A DNA stretch of 64,000 nucleotides, taken from assembly GCA_023267655.1 (NCBI GenBank), contig JAHFMV010000003.1, positions 16,522-80,521 of the forward strand, in the 5' to 3' direction. Under the pieces are notes generated by a model that saw only the letters and a list, made by a program, of their open reading frames with translations, was not told where the DNA came from and ran no database searches. A program made the translations under genes and the position numbers. Source of the DNA: Candidatus Kaiserbacteria bacterium (GTDB lineage: Bacteria; Patescibacteriota; Minisyncoccia; Phycocordibacterales; UBA2100). Of this stretch, positions 38,994 through 48,776 are shown piece after piece. Numbering within the stretch: position 1 is the first letter of the stretch; the number at the start of each line of letters is the position of its first letter.

Positions 38994-40506
38994 CGTCGCA
39001 TCAAAAACGACACCGACGACTGCTCCGCAACCAGCAGCTCCTGAAGAAGCGCGCATAATTGAAGAACACATAATCGCGCCGCCGCCTGCCGTACGGCCGG
39101 TAGCGCCCACACCGATTGCAGCACCTGTACCAGCACCGATATCAATTCCACCTACTACACCGCTACCGAGTCCAAAGCCATTTGTACTACGACCACTCAA
39201 TCCGCTCCCGCCAACTCCCCAAGCAATTCCGGTGCCACCCACCGTGGTGCCTCAACCGCGACCTCTGCCGCAGCCACTCGCTGCTGAAGCGCAGCGCAGC
39301 GCCCAAGGATCAGATCTCATGAATGTCATGCATGAGATACAGGGGATGCCTTCCGCGCCCGTGACGCCGCAACCAGTATCGCCACCATCGACACCGCTTG
39401 CACCAAAATCCCCCAGCAACATCGCGCAAATACTCGAAGACGTGAAATTGCCGGAGCGCAATCAACAAAAAGAAGTTGCGCCACAACAAAAATACGACAC
39501 ATCACTCACGGCTGATCCAGAGAAAAAAACGGCGGCGGACGCCGCCCGCGCTGCGGCACTGCAGGACGCACAAACTGCTGCACAAGCGATTACTGAAACG
39601 CTCGCGAGTCCTACAAAGCCAAAAGACGATGTTCGCGCGCTCCACACCCTGAAAGATGACTTGCAAGAAGTGGTGCGCGACAAGAAAATCTCACTTGTGC
39701 GCGCTGTCGCGCTCGAAGAAGAAAAACGGCATCACGGATCGGCACTCGAAGAACACCTCGAAGTCGAAGTGCGCAAGCAAAAACGAAACCGCTTCGCGCT
39801 TTTTTTTGTCGGACTCCTTTTTGTTGTCGGCCTTATCGCGATCGGCGCCGTTTTATACGTCATGTCCGAGCGCACGCAAAAAGCCGCAGCGCCGATTACC
39901 GCACAAGTCCTATTCTCCGAACAATCAACGGCGCTCCCGATTGATAATGTCGCTCCCGCCGATATCCGGCGCGAAATTGGCAACGCCCGCACGTCTACCG
40001 CACTTACGCTGGGAGCGATTTTGCAGATCGTCCCTGTCGAACAAAAAGACATTGGGGGACAAGTGCAAACAACTCCTGTTACCACAAGCGAATTCCTCTC
40101 AAAAATCGGTGTACATGCGCCCGACGAGCTTGCGCGATCACTCGATGGAACCTTTTTTCTCGGACTCCATACGGTTGATGAGAACGCGCCGGTCATGATT
40201 TTTCCGGTCACTTCATACGAAAACGCCTTCGCCGCAATGCTCGCGTGGGAGCCGATAATGAACGCCGACCTCTCGCCGATCTTTACGCCGATCCCGATGC
40301 AAAAAGTCGGGATTGATGGCAATATCACGCAGCGCACGTTTGAAGATACCGTAATGCGCAACTACGACGTCCGCGCCCTCAAAGACGACAGTGGCACGAT
40401 CCAGCTGTACTACTCGTTCCCGACGCGCAATATCCTGATTATCGCGGAGAGCCCGTACTCATTTTCTGAAATTTTAAGTCGGCTTAAGGCCGATCGCAAA
40501 CTCTAG
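38929..40506 (+). CDS. Pro-rich single-pass membrane protein
   Basis: Pro-rich N-terminus, TM FALFFVGLLFVVGLIAIGAVLY, globular C-terminus; start uncertain. Confidence 0.75.
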   Translation: MNIMGETTNEGGTGAIDAGASNVASKTTPTTAPQPAAPEEARIIEEHIIAPPPAVRPVAPTPIAAPVPAPISIPPTTPLPSPKPFVLRPLNPLPPTPQAIPVPPTVVPQPRPLPQPLAAEAQRSAQGSDLMNVMHEIQGMPSAPVTPQPVSPPSTPLAPKSPSNIAQILEDVKLPERNQQKEVAPQQKYDTSLTADPEKKTAADAARAAALQDAQTAAQAITETLASPTKPKDDVRALHTLKDDLQEVVRDKKISLVRAVALEEEKRHHGSALEEHLEVEVRKQKRNRFALFFVGLLFVVGLIAIGAVLYVMSERTQKAAAPITAQVLFSEQSTALPIDNVAPADIRREIGNARTSTALTLGAILQIVPVEQKDIGGQVQTTPVTTSEFLSKIGVHAPDELARSLDGTFFLGLHTVDENAPVMIFPVTSYENAFAAMLAWEPIMNADLSPIFTPIPMQKVGIDGNITQRTFEDTVMRNYDVRALKDDSGTIQLYYSFPTRNILIIAESPYSFSEILSRLKADRKL

Positions 40507-40514
40507 ATAGGCAG

Positions 40515-40576
40515 TTAGCCACTAGCCACTAGGGGAAAGGCGGACTGAATTTCCTATTGGCTAGTGGCTAGTGGCT
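40515..40576. repeat. inverted 7-bp repeat pair (TAGCCAC type)
   Basis: TTAGCCACTAGCCACTAGG ... CCTATTGGCTAGTGGCTAGTGGCT. Confidence 0.8.
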
Positions 40577-40599
40577 TTTTGTTCATGTATTATAGGGCG

Positions 40600-40947
40600 A
40601 TGACACATTTAACTCCGGCAGAACTCGACGAGTTGCGTGCAGCGCTCCATGGCGAAAAAGCGCTTCTTGAAGAAGAGCTTGCCGAGCATGGCCGCAAAGT
40701 CGGTGGTGATTGGGTAGGAACGGCAAAGGGATTTGAAGGAAACGAACCAGCGGATGAAGACGAGGCGGACAAAATGGAAGAACTCGGCACCAATGTCGCC
40801 TTAGTGGAAGAATTGGAAAAACGCTACAAAGAAATCGTTGCTGCGCTCCAGCGTATGGACGAAGGAAAATACGGTCTTACCGCATCGGGCGAGGCGATTG
40901 ATGTTGAGCGACTGAAAGCCAACCCTGCGGCAACGACGAACATTTAA
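40600..40947 (+). CDS. DksA/TraR-family protein lacking zinc-finger cysteines
   Basis: Coiled coil with DEDEAD tip; AALQRMDEGKYG...GEAIDVERLKANPAA. Confidence 0.8.
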   Translation: MTHLTPAELDELRAALHGEKALLEEELAEHGRKVGGDWVGTAKGFEGNEPADEDEADKMEELGTNVALVEELEKRYKEIVAALQRMDEGKYGLTASGEAIDVERLKANPAATTNI

Positions 40948-40999
40948 TTACGCACACCCTCCTGTACGTGCTTCATGAACATGCGTTACACTTTTGTGC

Positions 41000-42535
41000 A
41001 TGAACTTCGCCCGAGTTTTCGGCGCGCAGCCGGCGCTTCCTTCCGCGCACATTGTGACCGTGGAGACCGACATGACGAAAGGCTTGCACGCCTTCACCAT
41101 CGTCGGACTTCCGGATAAATCGGTCGCCGAGGCACGCGATCGCGTCGCATCTGCCATTAAAAATACTGAAACGGATGGCGATGCGTTCAAATCGCCCAAA
41201 AGCACGAACAAAAAGATTGTGATCTCGCTTGCGCCTGCTGAATTGAAGAAGGAAGGATCAGTCTTTGATGTTCCCGCCGCACTTTCGTACCTGCTCGCCT
41301 CAAAACAGATTAAATTCAAGCCCGAGGGAAAGATTTTTGCAGGGGAACTCGGACTCGACGGGACACTCCGCCCTATTCGTGGCGCGCTTGCAATCGCACG
41401 TGCCGCAAAAGAAGATGGTTTTAAAGAATTGTATCTGCCAGCCATAAACGCACGCGAAGCATCGCTTGTTTCCGACATCGCCATCTATGCGGTGCGCGAT
41501 CTAGCGGAACTCGTCCGCCACCTCACGCGGGACGATTTTTCGATCAAAAAATATAAAGCTACTCCTGCAGATCTCCGTGACGATTCCGACACGCCGCTCG
41601 ATGATATTCGCGGGCAGGAAAGCGCGAAACGCGCCTTGGAGATCGCAACTGCCGGCCGTCACAACATCGCGCTCTATGGCCCGCCGGGAACCGGAAAGAC
41701 GATGCTCGCACGCGCTGCGGCGGCACTCTTACCGGACCTCTCCGAAGACGAGTCAATCGAGGTCACAACTATTCACTCGCTTGCCGGTGCGCTCACCAAT
41801 CCTGTCATTACCCGTCCGCCGTTTCGATCGCCACATCATACGTCCTCGTACGCTGCGATTATCGGCGGCGGAACGATACCGAAGCCGGGCGAAGTTACGC
41901 TCGCGCACCGCGGTGTCTTATTTGCCGATGAGTTCCCCGAATTCCACCGCGATGTGGTGAACGCCCTACGCGAACCGCTTGAAGATCGCGTGGTTTCCGT
42001 TGCACGGGCTAAATCCTCTGCCGTTTTCCCCGCCAATTTTATGCTGATCGCTGCACTCAATCCGTGCCCCTGCGGATTCTGGGGCTCCGAGCGCTGCCAG
42101 TGCATGCCGCATATCGTGGAAAAATATCGTCGCAAGATATCCGGTCCGATTGCCGACCGTATCGACATGTGGGTCACAGTTCCGGAAATCCCGCCAGAAA
42201 GTTTGTCGAAAAAAGCGAAGCGGGCGAGCGGAGAAACGGTCGCGACGCGAGGACGTATTGCGAAAGCACGAGCGAAACAGACAAAACGATTTGAAAAGTC
42301 GCGGACACTCACGACCAATGCCGATATGAAAGCGAAAGATATCGAAAACTATGCCGACCTCTCCGACACCGCCGAAGAAACCTTGATTGAAGCGGCGCGG
42401 CGTATGAAGCTCTCACCGAGAGGCTATCACCGCACTATAAAACTAGCCCGCACGATTGCGGATCTTGCCGGTGACAGCACAATCGAGCCGTCACACATGT
42501 TGGAAGCGCTCCAGTACCGCGCCCGAGAATTCTAA
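41000..42535 (+). CDS. comM: ComM/YifB AAA+ helicase
   Basis: IVGLPD, GELGLDG, GPPGTGKTM, RPPFRSPHH, LAHRGVLF, NPCPCG, ARTIADL. Confidence 0.95.
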   Translation: MNFARVFGAQPALPSAHIVTVETDMTKGLHAFTIVGLPDKSVAEARDRVASAIKNTETDGDAFKSPKSTNKKIVISLAPAELKKEGSVFDVPAALSYLLASKQIKFKPEGKIFAGELGLDGTLRPIRGALAIARAAKEDGFKELYLPAINAREASLVSDIAIYAVRDLAELVRHLTRDDFSIKKYKATPADLRDDSDTPLDDIRGQESAKRALEIATAGRHNIALYGPPGTGKTMLARAAAALLPDLSEDESIEVTTIHSLAGALTNPVITRPPFRSPHHTSSYAAIIGGGTIPKPGEVTLAHRGVLFADEFPEFHRDVVNALREPLEDRVVSVARAKSSAVFPANFMLIAALNPCPCGFWGSERCQCMPHIVEKYRRKISGPIADRIDMWVTVPEIPPESLSKKAKRASGETVATRGRIAKARAKQTKRFEKSRTLTTNADMKAKDIENYADLSDTAEETLIEAARRMKLSPRGYHRTIKLARTIADLAGDSTIEPSHMLEALQYRAREF

Positions 42536-42583
42536 AACACCTGACGGAGGAAGAGCACGACCTGCATCACGAGCTGTTGGATG

Positions 42584-42708
42584 TTCATCCCGTTAGAAAT
42601 AGGACGCGGACGCTTTGCATCCACACCCTAAGTTATTATATTTCGTAGGATTATTCGTATGACCTGGCTGCACGTATAAACCGAGTCCGTGATTTCTAAC
42701 GGGATTCA
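42584..42708. mobile_element. MITE-like element
   Basis: 13-bp TIR TCCCGTTAGAAAT/ATTTCTAACGGGA (42588-42704) flanked by direct TTCA. Confidence 0.7.
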
Positions 42709-42713
42709 TATAA

Positions 42714-43928
42714 TTAGAACGGGTTGCGCGGCCCGCCGCGGATTTCAAAGTGAACGTGCGGCCCCGTCGCCTTACCCGTCTGACCCTCGTAACCGATGAC
42801 CTGTCCTTGGATGACGTGCTCGCCGACTCCCACGATGACCGATGAGGCATGTGAGTAAAGAGTTTGCGTGCCATTTCCGTGCTGGATGACGACATAGTTC
42901 CCATAGCCACCGTTCCACGCGCCATTATTCTTTGCCACGATCACATTCCCCGTAGCAGAGGCAAGTATCGGCGAGCCGGCCGGCGCCGCGAGGTCAACGC
43001 CGTTATAGCCATGGATATCTTGCGTTTTCTTGTAACTTGCGAGCGGGGCAATGTAGTACCCAGAATACTCTGCTGACGTCGAATATTTTGCGGCTTCCAA
43101 GACTGACGATGCACCGCCCGATCGAGCGACAGACTTCGAAACAGGTGGTGGCGCTGCAATTTCACCGTTTGGAATGATGATTTCAGTCCCGACAGCAAGA
43201 TCGCCTTCAATGCCGTTATAGTTGGTGATTTCCGTTGCATCAGAACCGAATTTCTTTGCAACCGATGCCAAGGTATCGCCTTTCTTCACCGTGTACTTCA
43301 CGCCGGTCACGGGGAGGATCGTCAGCGTCTGCCCGACGCGGATGGTGCCGCTCGGTGGAATGTCATTGGCCCACTTGATGGTATTTGCCGTCACCCCGAA
43401 CATGCGGGCAATTCCGGAGAGCGTGTCTCCCGGACGCACGACGTACAGACTGATCGAAGAGCTCTTCGGCTTTTCAATATCGGCAATGGTTCCCGCTGGA
43501 CCTTCTTCGGCGACCAGCGCACTATCATCGACAATAATCACGTCCCCGCCGCCTTTCGCGGGATTCGGGTCGATGTTCATTGCCGGTTTCGGAAGCGGCA
43601 TCGTCTGCACGCTTTTGCTGACCACACTTGAAGACGCTTCTGCTTTTCCTTGCCAGAGGGATTTTACATCATCAAAAACGCCCGCCTTCGTTTGGGCGGG
43701 ATAGAAAAGAGTGAAAGAAAGTGCGCATGCGAGCGTAAGAAGTGTATACCACGCGCGTCCTGTGCTTTGAAAGTCATTGACTGCTGAAGAAACCGAGGGG
43801 CGGCTTGAAAAATGCTCTGACACCTCCAACAAAGCCTTGCGGCTTGTTTGAGGATTCCATTTTGAACTTACAATATGCTTGTTTGAACAGCTTGCCCGCA
43901 GTGGGGTGAGTAGAGAGGGTTTCCACAC
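42714..43928 (-). CDS. LysM x2 plus M23 family peptidase
   Basis: YVVRPGDTLSGIA, YTVKKGDTL, GVDLAA, GGYGNYV, YSH, TGPHVHFE; true start probably downstream of 43928. Confidence 0.92.
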   Translation of the reverse strand: MWKPSLLTPLRASCSNKHIVSSKWNPQTSRKALLEVSEHFSSRPSVSSAVNDFQSTGRAWYTLLTLACALSFTLFYPAQTKAGVFDDVKSLWQGKAEASSSVVSKSVQTMPLPKPAMNIDPNPAKGGGDVIIVDDSALVAEEGPAGTIADIEKPKSSSISLYVVRPGDTLSGIARMFGVTANTIKWANDIPPSGTIRVGQTLTILPVTGVKYTVKKGDTLASVAKKFGSDATEITNYNGIEGDLAVGTEIIIPNGEIAAPPPVSKSVARSGGASSVLEAAKYSTSAEYSGYYIAPLASYKKTQDIHGYNGVDLAAPAGSPILASATGNVIVAKNNGAWNGGYGNYVVIQHGNGTQTLYSHASSVIVGVGEHVIQGQVIGYEGQTGKATGPHVHFEIRGGPRNPF

Positions 43929-44157
43929 TCTAGCCCTGACCTCACGCTTTTAAGCCATTTTTTGGTGGTAGAAAGACAGTCAATCGTTATTTCTTGGCTT
44001 ATATACTCGCTTTTTCAGCAAGTAGCACCAAAGGGAAATTCAGCAAACCACCGTCATTCACGGTATCCTCACGGGGGGTAAGAGTCAATAACACTCATAT
44101 TAGACGGGGGGATAACTGTTTCGTCAATAAATTCGAGCACCATGGTATAGTACGAGC

Positions 44158-46056
44158 GTGGAATACCTAAAAGGGCTCAACGAAGCCCAAAAAGAGGCGG
44201 TTTTGCATACAGGAGGCCCCCTTTTGATCGTCGCCGGCGCAGGGGCCGGAAAAACAAAGACCATAACCCACCGGATTGTCCACCTCATTTCGACCGGTGT
44301 CGCCCCTTCCTCCATCCTTGCTGTCACTTTTACCAACAAGGCCGCAGGCGAAATGCGCGACCGTGTCGCGGGACTCTTGCAGGGGATGGGCTCTTTCAGT
44401 GGGTACCCGGTCATTGCGACATTCCACTCGCTCGGAGTACGGATTCTGCGCGAATTTGCTCTTAATGCCGGTCTCGAGAGATCTTTTTCCATCTGGGACC
44501 GCGACGATAGCACCAAAGTCATCAAGCGCGCACTTGTCGCACGCGGCATGGAAAACCGCTTTACAGCCCGGCAGATGCTCGGACGCATCTCACGCGAAAA
44601 GGGAAATGGTGTAGCGCTGGCTGAATACGTCGACACCGTATCATCGTCTTTCGAACAAGCGGTCGTCGATATCTGGGAAGAATACGAAAAGGCGCGGCAG
44701 GCAGAAGGTGCACTCGATTTTGACGATCTTCTTTTGCAAACACTCATGCTTCTCAAAAAAGATCCGATTATCCTCAAGCGGCTGCAAGAGAGGTGGCGAC
44801 ACCTCACCATCGACGAATACCAGGACACCAACAAGGCACAATTTGAGATCGCGCGACTTCTTGCAGGCGATACGCCCAATATTTGTGCGGTCGGCGATAT
44901 GGATCAGTGCATCTATACGTGGCGAAACGCCGATATCAAATATTTGATGACGTTTGAAAAGAGTTTCCCCGGGACGAAAGTGGTGATCCTTGAGGAAAAT
45001 TACCGCTCGACACAAACCATCCTCACCGCGGCAAACAATATCATTTCAAAAAACAACAACCGCTACGACAAACGCCTCGTGACACGGAATCCTGTCGGCG
45101 AGGCGATAACGCTCTTTGCCGGAGAAACGGAGCGCGATGAGGCGTTTTTTGTGGCGCGCGAAGCACGCGGACTCCTCGGCTCTGGCGTTCGAGCGTCGGA
45201 AATCGCGGTTTTGTTCCGCGAAAACTTCCAGTCACGAACGCTTGAAGAAGCATTTATCGCCGGAGGCGTGCCGTACCGCGTCCTCGGCACACGCTTTTTT
45301 GAGCGCGCTGAAGTAAAAGATGCTTTGAGCTACCTGCGTGTCGCGCTCAATCCGAGGTCGGTTACCGACTTTGTTCGTGCGGCAGGTAGCCCCGCTCGAG
45401 GGATAGGCAAGACAACGCTCGACAGAGTTGTATCAGGGAAAGAATCAGAGCTCTCGAGCGCGGCGCGGGCAAAACTTGCATCCTTTCGCGGAAAACTTAC
45501 TGCGATCAGGCAGGCGATCGAGACGAGAACGGCATCTGACTCTGTCCGCTTCACCCTGAAAGAAAGCGGTCTCGAAGATTCGCTGCGAGAGTCCGAAGAA
45601 GGTCTCGAGCGCCTGAACAACATCTACGAACTCGTCGCGCATGCGGTGCGCTACGATGCGCTCCGGCCGAGAGAGGGAATCGAGCGGCTTTTGGAAGATG
45701 CGGCGCTGATGAGTGACCAAGATCAGCTCGAGGAAAAAAAAGAAGCGGTCTCTCTCATGACTGTGCATGCTTCAAAGGGGCTGGAATTCGACGCGGTGTT
45801 CGTGACCGGCCTTGAACAGGGACTTTTTCCCTCGGAGCGCGAATCCGATACCGATCGCGACCCGGAAGAAGAACGCCGACTCGCGTATGTCGCATTCACG
45901 CGCGCACGGCACTTTCTCTTTCTCACGTTTGCGGGAACGCGTACACGGTATGGCTCGCGCGAACACACGTATCCGTCTGCCTTTTTGAACGACATCGACA
46001 CCCGTCTTACCAAATACGCCGACGACCACGCCGCGTACGAGCCGATCATACGATAG
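44158..46056 (+). CDS. pcrA: UvrD/PcrA DNA helicase
   Basis: AGAGAGKT, TFTNKAA, DEYQDTN, NYRS, HASKGLEF, EERRLAYVAFTRA. Confidence 0.95.
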   Translation: MEYLKGLNEAQKEAVLHTGGPLLIVAGAGAGKTKTITHRIVHLISTGVAPSSILAVTFTNKAAGEMRDRVAGLLQGMGSFSGYPVIATFHSLGVRILREFALNAGLERSFSIWDRDDSTKVIKRALVARGMENRFTARQMLGRISREKGNGVALAEYVDTVSSSFEQAVVDIWEEYEKARQAEGALDFDDLLLQTLMLLKKDPIILKRLQERWRHLTIDEYQDTNKAQFEIARLLAGDTPNICAVGDMDQCIYTWRNADIKYLMTFEKSFPGTKVVILEENYRSTQTILTAANNIISKNNNRYDKRLVTRNPVGEAITLFAGETERDEAFFVAREARGLLGSGVRASEIAVLFRENFQSRTLEEAFIAGGVPYRVLGTRFFERAEVKDALSYLRVALNPRSVTDFVRAAGSPARGIGKTTLDRVVSGKESELSSAARAKLASFRGKLTAIRQAIETRTASDSVRFTLKESGLEDSLRESEEGLERLNNIYELVAHAVRYDALRPREGIERLLEDAALMSDQDQLEEKKEAVSLMTVHASKGLEFDAVFVTGLEQGLFPSERESDTDRDPEEERRLAYVAFTRARHFLFLTFAGTRTRYGSREHTYPSAFLNDIDTRLTKYADDHAAYEPIIR

Positions 46057-46058
46057 AT

Positions 46059-46895
46059 ATGAAACGCGGCGCACGACTCGGACAACATTTTTTGAACGCG
46101 GTATGGGTCGCGCGCGATCTTGTTGCTGCCGTCGCACCACGTCCTCATGACATCATCGTCGAGGTCGGCCCGGGTCGCGGGGCTCTTACGGAAAAGTTGC
46201 TTGCGACGGGAAATATGGTTGTCGCCATTGAAAAAGACGAGACGCTCGCTGCATTTCTCCTTGAAAAATTCGCGAATGAGATCGCAAACGGAAAACTGCA
46301 CCTCATGCAGGGAGATATCCGCGATGGCGATACGTACGACGTACTTGCCGGGCGTCCGTATGTCGTTGCAGCGAACATCCCGTACTACATCACCGGCGAG
46401 ATCATCCGTGATTTCCTTACGGCCGCGCATCAGCCACAGAAGATGGCGCTCTTGATACAAAAAGAAGTCGCGGACCGTATTGTTGCGCGTGACAAAAAAG
46501 AGAGCATTCTCTCGCTTTCGGTAAAAGCATATGGAGAGCCTTCCATCGTCGCGAAAGTACCGGCTGGCTGTTTCAATCCGCCACCGTCTGTGGATTCGGC
46601 AATTCTCTTGGTAAAAAATATCTCGCGAACATTTTTTGCGGATATTTCGGAAGAGACGTTTTTTGCCGTTGTAAAAGCGGGATTTGCATCAAAACGCAAA
46701 CAGCTTGGAGGAAATTTGGGAAAGGTATTTGGCGAAGTCGCGCTCGGCGCACTCGATGCGTGTGCTATTTCGCCGCGTATCCGCGCAGAAGACCTCTCGC
46801 TCGACGAGTGGCAACGCCTGACGACATCTATCAGCGCGATACCCCTAGAAAATCAATATGTTTCCCCGGAATCACCGCAACCGGAAAAAGACTGA
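46059..46895 (+). CDS. rsmA: 16S rRNA adenine dimethyltransferase
   Basis: LGQHFL, EVGPGRGALT, ANIPYYIT, QKEVA, FNPPPSVDSA. Confidence 0.96.
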   Translation: MKRGARLGQHFLNAVWVARDLVAAVAPRPHDIIVEVGPGRGALTEKLLATGNMVVAIEKDETLAAFLLEKFANEIANGKLHLMQGDIRDGDTYDVLAGRPYVVAANIPYYITGEIIRDFLTAAHQPQKMALLIQKEVADRIVARDKKESILSLSVKAYGEPSIVAKVPAGCFNPPPSVDSAILLVKNISRTFFADISEETFFAVVKAGFASKRKQLGGNLGKVFGEVALGALDACAISPRIRAEDLSLDEWQRLTTSISAIPLENQYVSPESPQPEKD

Positions 46896-47190
46896 TGACA
46901 CAGTAGTAGTTGAATGATGCTTGGCCTGCCACCCACTGCCCGGTCCGCCATACGTGGCCGTTTTGATACATCCGCGTAAGTGGGGTGAGGATGTAGTTGC
47001 CACCTTTTGGTGGCCCGACCCGTATGAACGAGACATTATTCCCACACTTGCAGACGCCGGGGACTCCCGGAATCACGGTTCCGAGCGGACACACGAAGGG
47101 GAGGATCGGTCCGCCGAAGTTTTCGAGCGCTTGTAGGGACGTGGGGATAAGAAGCAGGCAGACGCCGAGTACGAGGTATCGTAGGTTCAT
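46831..47190 (-). CDS. small secreted Cys/Gly/Pro-rich protein, paralog 1
   Basis: TAAAAT-N7-ATG MNLRYLV, signal peptide; homologous to 47406-47732. Confidence 0.75.
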   Translation of the reverse strand: MNLRYLVLGVCLLLIPTSLQALENFGGPILPFVCPLGTVIPGVPGVCKCGNNVSFIRVGPPKGGNYILTPLTRMYQNGHVWRTGQWVAGQASFNYYCVISLFPVAVIPGKHIDFLGVSR

Positions 47191-47405
47191 GCTATGTATT
47201 TTAGCATTGAAAAATCTTGAGCAAGGCTCTTCGCCCACTGACTCCGGTACGGATAATCTCCGGCCGAGTTCTGCGAACGGCCACACATAAAATTCGCGCC
47301 GTCGCGCGAATTTTTGTGCAGCCCCCGGCTCGCACCCGCATCTGCTGACGCGGGTCCCGCTACGCCCGTCCAGCCTAGTAGAAAAGAGTGCCCCGCACTC
47401 TTTTC

Positions 47406-47732
47406 TCACTGGCTGGACCCCATCATATCAATATGCGTCCCGGGCCAGACGATCACGGGGAAGATCGAAATAACACAATAGTAGGGTGCGCTCGCGAGAC
47501 CGAGGAGCCACTGGCCGGTGTGGCGCGGCGGACCGAATTGATAGGTCTTTGTCGCGGGTGTCCAGATATACGGACCTCCGCGCGGCGGGCCGATCGCGGC
47601 ATAGATTGCATTGTTGTAGCACGGCTTGATCGTCCCGATCGCACCGCCAAAGGGAAATGCGTACGTAACAAAGGGAACACACAAGAGAAGGATCGTCGCG
47701 GCTGACACAACACTGAAACGCATCTGCATCAT
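47406..47732 (-). CDS. small secreted Cys/Gly/Pro-rich protein, paralog 2
   Basis: Shared FGG.I, GPP.GG.YI.TP.T..YQ.G, GQW..G.AS..YYCVIS.FPV...PG.HID. Confidence 0.8.
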   Translation of the reverse strand: MMQMRFSVVSAATILLLCVPFVTYAFPFGGAIGTIKPCYNNAIYAAIGPPRGGPYIWTPATKTYQFGPPRHTGQWLLGLASAPYYCVISIFPVIVWPGTHIDMMGSSQ

Positions 47733-47778
47733 GTGTGTATTCTACCACCGCGCGATCAGGGCGCGGTATACTGTGCAC

Positions 47779-48738
47779 ATGCCCCCCAGCCACGAGTACC
47801 CCATAGCGCCAACTCCAGTTGCAGAAGTTGTGGCCGCAACACCACCCGTAGAAAAAAAGGGCTGGGTGCACCGTCATTCGTATCTCACCGCCGCACTCGG
47901 AACTTTTTTTCTCATCGTTCTCGTGGTTCTGATCGTCGCAGCGCGCAGCGGCGTCTCTGGTTCTGATAATGCAAACAACTGGGTCGGCGCAGGTAGCGTC
48001 TTTTTCACCGGCGGTCGCAATTTGACACAAGAAGACCGAATGAAAGCTGAGACAGCGGTGAAGCAACAGTCACCAGAAACACAGCTTGGGTATATCCCGC
48101 TCCCGACCAACGCTGCCACAGCAGGGGGAAATGACTTCGGGAATGATTTGACCGCGCTCCTCGCGCAGCTAACGCAGCCAACAAAGACATCGGCGGGGGG
48201 TGGTGTGGACGCGAGTGTCGGTAGCGCCTTCTCCTTCATCCCGCAAGGCTTTATCAGCACCAATTCGAGTGGGAAGAAACTCACCCGCGACCAAGAAGCG
48301 CTCCAGGCATACGGTAACGAGCTTGGAACCTACATTCAAGGGTATGAAAGCTTGCACGGAAACTCCGCACAAATGCTCAAAGACCAAGCGGAAGACCGTA
48401 CCAATTCCGATAAGGCGATGCAAGTGAAGAATCTTGGCTACGACATGGCAGCGCTCGGGAGAGACATGCTGCAAATGACCGAGTTGCCGGATAGCGTGAA
48501 GGCGGCGCACCAGGCGCTCGCGACCTCGTATCGCATCGCGGGGACGAATTTGACGAAAATTCCTGATGCAAAGACAGATCAAGAATTCCTCGATGCTATT
48601 GCTGGATACAACGAGAGCGTCGAGTCGCTCTCGAAGCGATTTTTTGTGATGGTTGGCATCTTCAGTGCCAACAATGTTACGTTTTCATCATCGGATCCGG
48701 GCAGTATCTTCATGTTTAATCCGAATCTTTCACTGTAG
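47779..48738 (+). CDS. hypothetical membrane-anchored helical protein
   Basis: TATACT-N6-ATG; single TM; LPDSVKAAHQAL resembles VPKDGVPEHLRAL in the next gene. Confidence 0.75.
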   Translation: MPPSHEYPIAPTPVAEVVAATPPVEKKGWVHRHSYLTAALGTFFLIVLVVLIVAARSGVSGSDNANNWVGAGSVFFTGGRNLTQEDRMKAETAVKQQSPETQLGYIPLPTNAATAGGNDFGNDLTALLAQLTQPTKTSAGGGVDASVGSAFSFIPQGFISTNSSGKKLTRDQEALQAYGNELGTYIQGYESLHGNSAQMLKDQAEDRTNSDKAMQVKNLGYDMAALGRDMLQMTELPDSVKAAHQALATSYRIAGTNLTKIPDAKTDQEFLDAIAGYNESVESLSKRFFVMVGIFSANNVTFSSSDPGSIFMFNPNLSL

Positions 48739-48776
48739 TGAAGATTTGCTGAAAAAGGGAGTGGTATACTTTCTAC

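Noticed and set aside
43760-44150. Riboswitch upstream of the LysM-M23 gene
   Set aside because: One hairpin is present, but no match by eye to c-di-AMP or c-di-GMP consensus elements.
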